A stretch of 64,000 nt of DNA from NCBI GenBank assembly GCA_951406725.2, contig OX597838.1:43710001-43774000 (forward strand). The letters are read 5' to 3'. This DNA comes from Octopus vulgaris (Eukaryota). The notes beneath the pieces are model-generated. The model was not told the origin of the DNA. It made no database searches and was given only the letters and a program-made list of their open reading frames with translations. Every line of letters starts with the position of its first letter. Position 1 is the stretch's first letter. This document shows, piece after piece, positions 14,531-27,479 of the stretch. Position numbers and translations under genes: made by a program.

Positions 14531-16830
14531 TCGGGGTGAGTACTTGATAATTATAAGCACCTGTGTATACCGTTTGGTGGTGTAGGTGGTGGAGTAAATT
14601 GAGCAAAATAAAATAAAAACATGATGCGAAGGATTCAGCGGTACATATGTTTCGGGCCTTTATTAGACAGATTTATAACAAAGCATAATGTATGTCTGTG
14701 GCCTTCTTCAGCCGCGCACAACAGCTTCCACAAGGACATGTGTTACATCAAAAATTCTTGGTTGGGGATGCAAATCCTCTCGTTCACGTACGACATAATG
14801 CGGCAGCAGCATAGAATTGAAGCGTCCATCTCTTTCTTCTCTCAATGTAGAATGAGGAAACTTGGATGTTGAGGTAATGTAAATAAATAAATACATATAT
14901 AGAGGTGAAGATGGAGGGGCGAGAGTTCGGGACGAGGGATAAAAAATATATATAAAAAGTGTAAGTATAGAATAATATAACAATGTAGAGGATAAAGATA
15001 TAAAGAGTTGTAAGGAGATGTAAAGGGGGTATAAAGAAATATAAAGAAATATAAATAAATGTAAAGGCATAAGGTTATAAAGTAAAAATAGAAATGGAAA
15101 TAAAAGTAAAAAAAGTAAAAGAACCTGATAAAAACATGATAAAAGTGTAAAAGAATGTAAAGATAAGGGATGTATAGAGGTTACGGACCAAGCATGGTGG
15201 TCAGGAGATTGATAAAATTTAGTTGTAGAACTGTCAGTAAATCAACAGTTTCGTCTGGGGACTTAATGCGTTGTAAATCAGAGCTGATGAACATTTAATC
15301 TGGTTCCTTGAATTAAATGGACTTCTAGTACATACATATCATCATGGATACATACACCCACATACACGCGTACATATATGTCTCCAAGCCTATAAGCATA
15401 CACACGCACTCGCGTGTAAACACGTACATAAACACACACGCACCCACACGCACGTGCGTACACACACATACATACAACAGAATATCCGCATATATAGACG
15501 GACATTACGCGCGTACACGCTCACATGTATATACGCGCGCCTCTCATTACATACACACACGTATATGCCCACGCCTCTAGGTCTAGGTATAAGATATTAA
15601 AGGATGTGTATAAGAACGTATGTAAAGAATCCCGTACTCATGTTAATACGCGCACGCACACACGGCTGTGTGTCCGTATGTGCGTGCACATATACACCCA
15701 TACACACACACAGAGACACACGCGCACATGGGTATAGCTATAAGATATCGAAGTATGCATGTACATATATGTGCGTGCATATGTATGTATGCGCATACAC
15801 ACGTACGCGGACGCTCGTATACTCAAAAGGTGGATCCGTAGGTAAGTAAATATATATAGAGGTGTAAAGCGATAAGAATGAGGGTAAGGGTAAATATTAG
15901 AAATAAAAAATACAGTATAAAATAAGAAATACAATGTAATAGTTAGAAATGAAATATAAGAATTATAAAAATTATAAGAGTTAAGGTAAGGGATGAAACT
16001 GAAAATGAGAATAAATGGAAGTAGAATAAAAGCAAAAATAAAAGTAAAATTAAAGATAAAAATAAATGGAAGTAGGATAAAAGTAAAAATAAAAGTAAAA
16101 ATAAAAATAAAATAAAATAGGATAAAAATATAATTTTGTAAAGTTTAACATGAGATGAAGGTGGTTGAAAGCTAGAGGTGTGTGTTAAACGTAGGGGCGG
16201 GCGGGGGGAACTGAAAATTGGAAGGGTGGGAAGTGGAGTTTGGCGGTGTGCGTTCAACATCTGAGTTAGAAATGTGAAAGGGTATAGATATAGGGGATTA
16301 AAGAGACTACATAGGGAGGATATGGGTGTAGGAGAAGAAATATTTAGGGAAAGGAAGCCATATATGGGAGACAAAATTTGTATATATAGGGGGAAAATGC
16401 AGGGAACCGTATATGCACATATACACACCCACACACACACACACGTATATATATATATGTATATGTACACATACGTACACGTATGTGCACATACATACGC
16501 ACACACACACACACACACACACATACACACGCACATATAGGAAAGCGGGATGTGCTGGAGCCGACAGGTTGCACCGGGTGGGAGGAAATTGCATGGGGGA
16601 GTTGGTATAAGACCTAAGCATTGTAGTATTTGAAAGTATTAATAAGTATTAATAAGTTTATGTATACAGGATGGTTTGAACTCTGACCTTTTGTTAATAA
16701 GATTGTGTTTGTCTTTGAATTTCAAGATGTTCAGGAGTTCTACACAGCATAGTTGGCATCCTGCTCTATTATTTAAATAAGGTGCAGCTGATCCGATGAT
16801 GGACCATCTGAGTTTGAAGCCTATGCATTA
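14526..16830 (-). mobile_element. 5'-truncated Penelope-like element: endonuclease C-terminus, long 3' UTR and terminal hammerhead
   Basis: Minus-strand 16827-16639 reads CIGFKLRWSIIGSAAPYLNNRAGCQLCCVELLNILKFKDKHNLINKRSEFKPSCIHK, matching the W.I...A..Y..C.LC..E..I..NL.NKRSE...C.H tail I recall from GIY-YIG PLEs. HHR at 14638-14715; ends at (TA)n. Continuity of the UTR is inferred. Confidence 0.7.
14638..14715 (-). ncRNA. Type I hammerhead ribozyme, canonical core
   Basis: Minus strand: GCGG CUGAAGA A GGCC [loop with ACAGA/UCUGU hairpin] GGCC C GAAA CAUAUG UA CCGC. Stem I 4 bp, palindromic stem III, GUA triplet. Confidence 0.8.
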
Positions 16831-17001
16831 TTGTTGAAGAGCGTAGGCTCGAAACGTAAAAGACTCTCTCACTTTCTCCAACGAATTCACCTGCTTATTG
16901 TTCATACACCTGTCTTCCTCCGTTATTTTTCTGTAAATTTCAACTATATAATATATATATACACACACACACATATATATGCATATAAATATGCATGTAA
17001 T

Positions 17002-17088
<87 letters not shown>

Positions 17089-17100
17089 ATATATATATAT

Positions 17101-17925
17101 ATTATATAGTTGAAATTTACAGAAAAATAACGGAGGAAGACAGGTGTATGAACAATAAGCAGGTGAATTCGTTGGAGAAAGTGAGAGAGTCTTTTACGTT
17201 TCGAGCCTACGCTCTTCAACAGAAAGGAATAACAGAAAATAAACTGAGGGAGATTAAAAAAAAACTTGTGGATTTAGCAGTCAAACATGGTGACTGGTTG
17301 GAAAAAAAAGAGTTGACAGGAGAGATAGAGAGAAGGGGAGATAATAAAGTATCGGTGATCCCAAAACGAAGGTGCGCGTGCGTGCGTGTATGTATGTGAG
17401 AATGTGTAAGTGTGTGTGTGTGTGTGTGGATAGGGGCTAGTGATTTTGACGTGTGTGGATATGTGCGTCTGCAATGTGTGGGTGTGTAAATAATGGTGTG
17501 TGGGTGCTGGGGAAGTGGTCAGAGCTAGTGTATGTGAAGTGGTGTGGGTTGATGTGATGTGGTGTGGTGGTGTGGAGTGGGGATGTGGGGGTAGGTGTGT
17601 GAGGGAGGGATACAGGGGCGAGGTGGAGGTATGAGGTAGGATGGTGTGTGTATGGGATGTGGGTGGAGGGGATATCAATAAAGAGAAAAGGTAGGTAGGA
17701 GTGAAGAGAGAAAGTAGGTGTCACTCGAAGAGAGGAGAGGAGTTGAACCCATGTGGCACAAAGAAGTAAAAAGAAGAAGATTAATTCTTGTTCACGGCGA
17801 AGGCGTGAGTGCGGATGGCCCCTGTCCAAAGGAAATCCGAACACAAACAGGTGTTGTAGTGAATGGCGTGAAACTGGTGTGTCATTGCCTAGTCTGATGT
17901 CTCGGACTTGCCCCGTGACTATAAT
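17101..17925 (-). mobile_element. Penelope-like element 3' fragment (GIY-YIG end plus terminus)
   Basis: RDIRLGNDTPVSRHSLQHLFVFG..RLRREQELIF, homologous to 58020-58200 and 23920-24060. HHR-like motif near the end; abuts (TA)n. Confidence 0.85.
17191..17226 (-). ncRNA. Minimal hammerhead-like motif, A6U core variant
   Basis: CUUU CUGUUGA A GAGC GUAG GCUC GAAA CG UA AAAG. Confidence 0.65.
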
Positions 17926-18307
17926 ATAATCGCCCGAAAACACTGATTGAGAATTCCCAAACTGATCGATCAGTTTCGGCAATTTCTGTAAGGACTGGCA
18001 GATTCCGGACTGAATTCTCTGTCAGTTTGTATGTTTTCACCATAAAAAAATTTATGGATGACTTAGCGAATGGCTAATGTGTATTGCGAAAATTAATATA
18101 GAGAGGAGTGTGCAATGTTTTACCAAAAAGGAAAACTATAATTGTCACTAAATATAACTAAGGTGTTAGAAACAGCTACATTGCTAGAAATAAGAGCTAA
18201 AATGCTCTAAGGCTGTATTCAAAGCACATAATTGTATAAATATTTACTGACAGATTTTCTGTTTTGGTAAAACATTGCACACTACTCTTATATTAATTAT
18301 ATACATA

Positions 18308-18472
18308 TAGGTGCAAGAGTGGCTGTGTGGTAAGAAGCTTACTTCCCAACCACATGGTTCTTGGTTCAGTCCCACAGGTGGTACGTTGGGCAAGTGTCCT
18401 CTACTATAGGCTCGGGCCGGCCAAAGCATTGTGAGTGAATTTGGTAGACAGAAACTGAAAGAAGCCCGTCGT
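18308..18472 (+). mobile_element. SINE family A head half
   Basis: ggtgcaagagtggctgtgtggtaagaagc..ggttcagtccc..gaaactgaaagaagcccgtcg, followed by (TA)n. Confidence 0.85.
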
Positions 18473-18565
18473 ATATATATATATATATATATATAAATAA
18501 TTTACATTTGATATGCTGGCCATTGATAACATTTTTTTCTCGAAAAAAGTTTTATCCTACAGTAG

Positions 18566-18623
<58 letters not shown>

Positions 18624-18668
18624 ATATATATATATATGTATGTATATATATATATGTATATATGTATG

Positions 18669-18745
<77 letters not shown>

Positions 18746-19471
18746 CAGGCAAAGAATGACGAGTTCTGTTTTTGCATAGCATTATTCACTGTTATGAACG
18801 TTTCAAATGTTCCCAGAAACTGTTCGCTATATAATGGCTTGTAATCATAGTCAATCAATTAATTAATCATTTGATTAAGGGAATACTTAGCACTCAACCT
18901 TTCTCTTCACAGCTTATAGTTATTGCGGTAGATTTTCAGATTCTCCTACAAGCGTACGAGTGGAATTGGGATTATAGATAACGGACATATCAAATTGCAT
19001 TCCTTGATTTATTATACACTTGCCAATTTCACAGTGCTAGGATGTCAAGATGTCATCAAGTATAGGAGCGTGCTATTCTATGAGAACATAGCACAGGGTA
19101 AATTATTACCATCAAATATATTTATTTCCCGACCAATCTGTGGAAGAATGGTATATTAAAGTAACTAAGGGAACGGCGAAATTTTGAATAAGTATCAAAC
19201 ATTTGTAAAATTTACAACTTTATTGTCCGCCTCTTATAAAGAGTTCGAGAAATATCGGGTAAAATGAAGTTAGTTAAAATGAATTTCAATTAAATAACGT
19301 TAAATAGAATTAAACTGCATTAATTTAGGTGTAATAGTTTAGGATTTGATGAAAGATGAAATTTAGTTAGGCAAAACGTGCTTGGTATATAATATATAAT
19401 ACATAACAGATAATTTAAGAAGGATGAAGGAGAATCTTTAATAAGATAACATGGATTCGCACATCCGTGTA

Positions 19472-20314
19472 CGAAGTGTTGTCAAAAAGTATCCGACATT
19501 GATTTTTTTTTTTTGCACAAAATAATGCGTGAACAAAAGCCGCATGGGTATTATGTGGCTGCATCCTTCCTGAGCATGTGCAAACATTTTCCTGTCTGTA
19601 GCTTGTGCCATTGGCCCGCAGTGACGCGTTGAGTACAGACGTGAAGAGTGTACTGTGCGATTTTTCTTTTTGAGTCAAGATGACCGAATGCATTGAGTAA
19701 AGATATTGTATCAAATTCTGCCCAAAAATTGGCGATGCGCATGTCTAGACTATCGAGAAGATTCAGAAGGCCTTTGGGGATGATGCTATGGGAAAAACAC
19801 AAATAAAGGAGTGGTTTATCGGGTTCAAAGATGGCCGCACCTCAGTGGACAGGGAAGTAGGTTGTGGCCAGACAATTACCAAAGAATCCTACTTGGGGAT
19901 TTTTCTTCGCCGTTGTGAAGCTGTGCTGCGAAAACGACCCGATCTTTGGGCAGCAAATGGCTGACGATTCCTGCATGACAACGCCCTCGCTCATTCGACA
20001 CGTATCGTCCAAGCATTCCTCGTCAAGCAAAACACACCACTTGTTCGTCAGGCTTCTAACTCCCTTGACTCCGTTTGATTTTTTGCTATTACCAAATCTC
20101 AAAAACACCCAAAGGGAGAAGATTTGAGTCAACAGGGGACATTAAGCAAATTTCAACGGCACAGCCCTACAGCATCCCAAAAAGTGATTTCCAGAAATGT
20201 TTCCAGGAACGCTGGCAGAACTGTGAGAATACTTTGAAGGAAACGAAATCAAAATGGTGAGTTTTTTAATTACTTGTTTTTGGCCAAAGGTCGGATACTT
20301 TTGACTACATTTCG
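19472..20314 (+). mobile_element. Internally deleted mariner transposon
   Basis: Imperfect TIRs cgaagtgttgtcaaaaagtatccgac / gtcggatacttttgactacatttcg flanked by TA. Relic HTH (RYCIKFC..IQKAFGDDAMGKTQIKEWF..FKDGRTSVD), LHDNA and DFQKCFQERW. Confidence 0.9.
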
Positions 20315-20984
20315 TATATACCATACACAGACACGCACATACATACCCATGCATATACAGACATATTCATACACTTACATGTACATGTAAATGCATACAT
20401 TAATATACACATACGAATAGGTATACATGTACATGAAATCATATACTTATGGACACCGGCATGCAGTTTCACGATCCAAAGTAAGTTTCAAATCCAGCAT
20501 AGGGTAATGTTCCAGGTAAGGTGTTTACATACAAAAAGAACACAAATGGATTATGGTTCACTACAACTGTTTCTGACACGTTATTTATTTATGAATAATT
20601 CGATTACATTCCCCCTTCCTTCATTCTCAGCTCCACGTCTTATGGTGTTGTTGTGGTTCTGCTCTGTGTATATCTCTATATCTAACTGTCTATCTTTAGC
20701 TTCCATATACAACTAACAACGATCGCCTTATATTACATCCTGACACGCTCGCGGTCAAAACAAGATGTGTATAATTTTATGGTTCACTGTTTCAGGTAAA
20801 ACATACAAACAAACATGAAAAAAGCCGTTTTCTTCAGATATATTAAAAACAATACAAAGATGTAGAATATGGATTTCGGCAAAAAAGATGATAGTCTCTC
20901 TTCTTTGTTGCAGAAATGAGAGGGTCATCCGTATCCCACAATTTCATTTTTTATCTCCGAAACAAATTTTAATTTTTGATTTTT

Positions 20985-21071
20985 AGTTCACCTGAAGAAA
21001 ACATTTATTTTTATAATGCAATCGAATTATTCATCAACAGAAAAACTCACCTGAAACAGCGGTAGTGAACT
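20985..21071 (+). ncRNA. Hammerhead-like motif, canonical core, long unpaired stem II region
   Basis: AGUUCAC CUGAAGA A[about 52 nt]U GAAA C AGCG G UA GUGAACU. 7-bp stem I; about 15 nt upstream of (TA)n. Confidence 0.65.
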
Positions 21072-21082
21072 TTAATCAATTT

Positions 21083-21152
<70 letters not shown>

Positions 21153-21569
21153 ATAGGATTAGCTCGTATACGAGTAGGTATATATTTGTAAAAAATGAAG
21201 TTCGAAAATGCTGCTATATTATACAATTTTTAATTTTTATATATACATTATAACATGTTTCAGTTCCTGAAATGAACCTTATCAAAAAAAAGTTATATAT
21301 AAAAAAAGACAGCTCATGCCGTCAAACACAAGAAATTCATTTACAATACACAACGGAGTCAGACATCTTAAAGTTCAAATATAGTTTGAAGTAAGTTCAT
21401 TCATGCTATATGTTCAAAGTGTTCGATGCAGTGGCCCACGGTGGCGATACGTATTCAATACAAAAAACAGATCAAAGTGGTGGAAAGCAGTCTATACAGA
21501 AGATTGATGTTCCCGAAAGAGCGAGGAAGGTCTAGTGAATTGTTCGGGTTTTATAATGCCTGTTAGGTG

Positions 21570-22085
21570 GTCAGTCCAGCGTAGCGTGACGTCATCAACG
21601 TTTTGACCAATCGTTTCGTTAGGTGGCTTTAGTCAAGCAGAACGGTACGTCATCAACATTCTGACCAATCGTGACCTATCGCTGTATTATAACTGCCTCT
21701 TGTCTGTATCCTGTTTTGACCAGTCGTTTCGTTAGGTGGCTTAGTCAAGCAGGACGGTACGTCATCATGATTCTGACCAATCACGACTTATAGCTGTATT
21801 AGATCTGCCCCTTTTCGTTAGGTGGCTTAGTCAAGCAGAACGGGACGTCATCAGCATTCTGACCAATCGTGACCTATCGCTGTATTATAACTGCCTCTTG
21901 TCTGTATCCTGTTTTGACCAGTCGTTTCGTTAGGTGGCTTAGTCAAGCAGAACGGGACGTCATCAAGATTCTGCCCAATCACGACTTATAGCTGCATTAG
22001 ATCTGCCCCCTGTCTGTATTTTGTTAGGTGACTAGTCAAGCAGAAAGGTACGTCATCAATATTCTGACTAATCTCTGCCCCCTGT
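21570..22085. repeat. Tandem minisatellite, 85-113 bp units with about 198 bp higher-order period
   Basis: ttcgttaggtggcttagtcaagcag..acgtcatc..tgaccaatc recurs at about 21614, 21727, 21812, 21925 and 22020. Confidence 0.92.
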
Positions 22086-22098
22086 TTGTATCCTGTCC

Positions 22099-22165
<67 letters not shown>

Positions 22166-22174
22166 TTTATTCTT

Positions 22175-22538
22175 TTACTTGTTTCAGTCATTTTGACTGC
22201 AGCCATGACGGAGCACCACTTTTAGTCAACCAAATCGACTCCAGGATTTATTCTTTGTAAGCCTAGTACTCATTCTGTCATTCTCTTTTATCGAACCGCT
22301 AGTTTAAGGGGACGTAAACACACCAACATCAGTTGTCAAGCGGTGTTGGGGGTACAAGCACAGACACACTCACACAAATATATATATATACAACGGGCTT
22401 CTTTCAGTCTCCGTCTACCAAATCTACTCACAAGGCTTTAGTTGGCCCAAGGCTAAAGTAGATGGTGCTACACAGTGAAACTGAACCCGAAACCATGTAG
22501 ATGGCTAAGCAAGTTCTTACCACACATCCAATCCTGCA

Positions 22539-22540
<2 letters not shown>
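22175..22540 (-). mobile_element. SINE family A
   Basis: Tail-to-head motifs present. Confidence 0.85.
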
Positions 22541-22618
<78 letters not shown>

Positions 22619-22863
22619 TGTATATATATATAATACAAAGATGGGACAAGAACGCAAAACATCAAGACAGACAATACAAAGAAAACAAAGACGGGTCATT
22701 CGGAGTTTTCTTTCCTCAGTTGAGTTCCAGATTATCTTTGCTATTTCAGTTGGTTATACTTGAGATTGCTCCAATCTGGCCAGCCCCAAAGAAAGACTAA
22801 GCTAAGAGCATTAGATTCCTTATATACACACATGTACATATATACATATAGGCATACATACAC

Positions 22864-22900
<37 letters not shown>

Positions 22901-23329
22901 CACATGTAAATATAGGTATACATATATACACACATATAGATAAATACACATATATAACAATTTATTGTAGCTTAGAAACTCAGCATGAAAACGATATATA
23001 TTATGAATAAACTTTTCTATAATTAATTAATTAATTAGCTTATGTCATAACAACCACAATCTATTTAAAAGGTGTTCTTTAAATAACTGTTGCATATATG
23101 TTTACCATGATGGGTCTGTTATGATGGCTATAAACGTATGTCTATTATTTTTTACTTGCTCCTCTCATTAGACTGCAGTCGAGCTGGGAAACGTCCTTGA
23201 AGAATTTTTAGTCTGAGGAATCGACATCAAGACATATTTTGTAAAGCTGGCACTTACATAATCGATTCCTTTTGCTGAACTACTAAGTTACCGAAACGTA
23301 ACCTAATCAACAAACACAAGCACACACCA

Positions 23330-24632
23330 CATTTCTCGACATTTCTGTCAACATGCACTACTCCGCTCTCACCACATCCATCCACTACAGACACACCGAC
23401 TCACACTTCTACCTTAACTTCTCCTCCTCCCACCCCAAACACACCAAGCTCTCCATCCCCTACTCCCAATTCCTCCGTCTTGCCACTTCATCCTTTTTGG
23501 ATATCCCCAGACCACTATTCACACAGCCTTTGCCAGAGCTTGTTCCGTGGACCGTGTCTCTGCTGTCTTTGCCTGCACCCACCCGCCGTTGCCCGTCTCA
23601 CGTTTCTCCTTACCTACTACCCCCCCAGCCCACCATTCTCCGGGCCTTCCGGCGACTCCAGTATGACTCCTCCACGTCGCACATCTTCCCCAACCTACTT
23701 CTCCTTCAACCTGCGTGACCTCCTGGTCCACAGTTTCTTCCCTAACCTCACATCCCTATCTGGCTCGTTCCCCAGCTCCCACCCACACTACTGCACTTGC
23801 CTCTACCTCTCCAACACCACTATCCTCACAGGCACCTATCATTGTCCCTACCATATCATCCTTTACCTGCACTTCTATCAACGTCATTTGCTGCATCTCC
23901 TGCTCTTTCTGGCCTTCTCTACTGGTCATTCACTACAGCACCTATCTGTTTGTGCAGAGGGGCCATTCGGACTCCCGTCATCGCCGTGAACAGGAATTAA
24001 TGTTCTCTCTTCGCTCCTTTGCTCCACATGGGTTCAACTCTCCACATCTCTTCATCTGACACCTACTTCCTTTCTTCACTTCTAACCACCTTCACTCTTC
24101 ATTGACACCACCTCCATACCCACCCTACCCTCATACCTCCATCTCCACGTCACACTCACACTACACCACACACCACATCTCACCACCACACACCAATCCA
24201 CATACCACATACCACTGACCACTTCCCACACCACACACTATCATCCACCCACCCACACACCCACACATTACAGTTACACACGCACATATCTACACAAGTC
24301 AGTCACTAGTCCCTATCCACACACACACACATTCTGACATACACACACACGCACGCGCACCTTCGCTTTGGGATCACCTATACTTTATTATCTCCCCTTC
24401 ATTCAACTTCTCCTGTCGAATCTTTTTTCTCAACTAGTCGCCATGCTTGACCCCTAAATTCACATGTTTTATTTATTCACTCTCTGTTTATTTTCTCTTA
24501 TTCCTTTCTATTGAGGAGCACAGGCTCGAAACGTAAAAGACTTTCTCGCTCTCTCGAGCGTCAGGCTAATACACTTACTTGTTGTTCATACACATGCCTT
24601 CGTCTTTTGTTTTTCTGTAAATTTAAACTATA
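23330..24632 (+). mobile_element. Penelope-like element 3' fragment (RT C-terminus, GIY-YIG relic, terminus)
   Basis: FLDISV..TTSIHYRHTDSHFYLNFSSSHPKHTKLSIPYSQFLRL, FTCTSINVICCISC, RRREQELMFSL. HHR-like motif at 24504-24539. Nested between two halves of a SINE A. Confidence 0.9.
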
Positions 24633-25344
24633 TAATAGATATGCGACGGGTCTCGTCTGCCAAATCACTTTACAAGACTTTGGTCGGCACAATAGAAGAC
24701 ACCTGCCCAAGGTGCCACGCAGCGGGACTGAACTCAGAACCATCTGATTAGGAAGTAGACTTCTTACCGCACGTCAACACCTGCGTCTATAAAAACATTT
24801 GTAATATTATTATTTATATAAACCCTTTTAAATACGATATACTCTTATATATACATGAGGCTTCCCAGTCACATGGTAAGAAGCTTACTTCCAAATCACA
24901 TGGCTTCGGGTTCACTCCCACTGTGTGGCACCTTAGGCAAGTCTCCTCTACTATAGCCTGGCGTGACCAGTGCCTTGACAGTGGGTATTTGTAGATGGAA
25001 ACCGCGAAAGAAGCCTGTCAACGCGGAGTAGATGAAACAGGGACAACTGATGAAGGGGAATATTCCTTGTGTTGCATCTCTCATTTCTCTGTTTTTTTCG
25101 TTGTCCGAAAAAATACTTCGTTTCTGTTTTTGTTTTTATGTTTTCGTTTCCTATTGTGTTCAACATTTTTTTGATGTCCTGTACCTATATATGCATGTAT
25201 ATATACATATAATAGAAGGTTTGGAGATGATGTAGGTATGTACATATATGTATGTATATATGTATATATATATGCATATATATATTTATATATTATTTAT
25301 ATTATTATATGATCGAACGCCACGCATCCTTTTCCAAGTAAGTT

Positions 25345-25416
<72 letters not shown>

Positions 25417-25943
25417 GTATATATCTGCCTGTGTGTCTTTATACTTGTGTTTGTCTCCCATCACCGTTTGACAACCGGTGTTGGTGTGCTTATGTCCCCG
25501 TAAGCTAGCGGTTTGGCAAAAAGAGAACGATTGAATAAGTACTAGGCTTCAGAAATAAGTCCTTAGGTCGATTTGTTCGATTCCCCCCTCCAAGGCAGTG
25601 TTCAAGCATGGCCGCAGTCAAATGACTGTAAGAAGTAAAAGTATAAACGAATATATTCACTTATGTGTGTGTGCGTGTGTGTGGGCGTGTTTGTTTTTGT
25701 GCTTGTGTGTGTGTGCGCGTGTCTATGTGTATGTATGCATATAAACATGTACGTGTGTGCGCGTATGAATGCGTGTGTATGTATGAGTGTGTGTGTGTGT
25801 GTGAATAAAACAAAAAATACAATAAAAACAGAAATTAGAATTAAAACATTCAAAAATAATAAAACAAACAGAATAAAGATTATATAAATAACAGAAATTG
25901 AATGAAATAAAATGTTTTGTTTTGTAAATTCTTACTATGTATG

Positions 25944-25999
<56 letters not shown>

Positions 26000-27479
26000 T
26001 TCTGGGTATTGACCCGTCATCAGCGCACGACAATCACCGGTTTTCGATGAAAGGGGTCCCAATGCAAATACATATATCCTTTTTCCAGTGACTTTTCGTC
26101 ACTGATCTTGAAAAAGTGTATAGAAGCTTTAATAAATCTCTGAACGAAGTAAAGACAGTAACTGCGCGACAATGTGAAGTATGGCGGGTCAATACCCAGA
26201 AACTCGAGTCCGTGCGTATCACGTAGGTTGACGATTGGAAGGATGGCTTCCCTTTGCATATATCGAGAGAGCATAGAAAGTGTGTCAGTAGCCAGCTGGA
26301 GAAGATGTTCTCCTGGGGCTACAAGCTACAGTAACATCCACCCTTCGTGGTTAGCCATATTTAGATGGCAAATATACTTCACATTGTGGTGCAGTTAATG
26401 TCTTTACCTCATTCAGAGATTTTTTATTGCTTATATATATATATATATATAAATATATATATATAAATATATAAATATATATATATATGTGTATGCATGT
26501 ACGTATACATATATATATATCTATAACTATATCTATATATATATAAATATATATGTATATATATTTATATCTGTATATGTACATATAATTGTATGTATGT
26601 GTGTATATATACATATATATGTATTTGTGTGTGTATATGTATGTATATTTGTGTTTGGGTGTATTTGTATATGTATATATGCTTGCACACACACACGAAC
26701 ACACACACCTGTACATATATACATATACGTATGTATACACACATGAATATATATCACGTTTGATTCAACTATGCCGTATTAGAATTCAGTTGAGCTAATT
26801 AACCCCTTCGTGACTATAGTTCTAAATATATTATCTTTACATTTTAATTAGTTTTCAAAATAATCCAAAATATGCAAGTTTTAAATGAAAGAGTTTCCTT
26901 TTTAAAAAAATATTTTGAATATAACTTAGCAAAATTGGCTTTCATAAAGTTGTAACGAGGTGTATATTGATATAAAATATGTGAGGTATATTAAATTTAA
27001 AATGAGAGTTTTTGATATTTTCAGATAACAAGCCTGGTCTTGTGCTACGGTTTGAAACTGATAATGTGGATCTAAAGGTTTATATTTCAACTCCTTCCAT
27101 ATGTTTCTTGGCCAGAGGAAACTTTGGGCGGTATTTATATTTTTTAAAAATTTTGTTATGGCACTACAGCGGTGACGACGATGAGGGTTTCGGTTGACAA
27201 GATCAACGGAACAGGCTGTTTGTGAAATTAGCCTGCAAGTTGGTGGGTACTTCATAGACACATGTACCGTTAATGCAGTTCTCGGGGAGTTTCAGGATGT
27301 GATAAGACTGGCCCTTTGAAATACAGGTACTACTCGTTTTTGCAAGATGAGCAGCCTTATAGAAGGTGAAATAAACTGATTTTACTCAAACACATAATAC
27401 ACCGCTGAGAATCGAACTCATGCTCTTACGATTGCCCTAATTTTAAGCCACACGCTTTCACTTTGTTATGTTGTTTGTT

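Noticed and set aside
17950-18050. Minus-strand GAAA-CUGAUCGAUCAG-UU hammerhead half
   Set aside because: Stem III is plausible, but the upstream core (CUGACAGA) and stem II do not fit convincingly.
21570-22085. CRISPR-like repeat-spacer appearance
   Set aside because: The intervening segments are themselves repeated, no cas genes are present, and the context is eukaryotic.
25047-25078. CTGATGA-AGG..CCT as a hammerhead
   Set aside because: No GAAA or stem III follows stem II.
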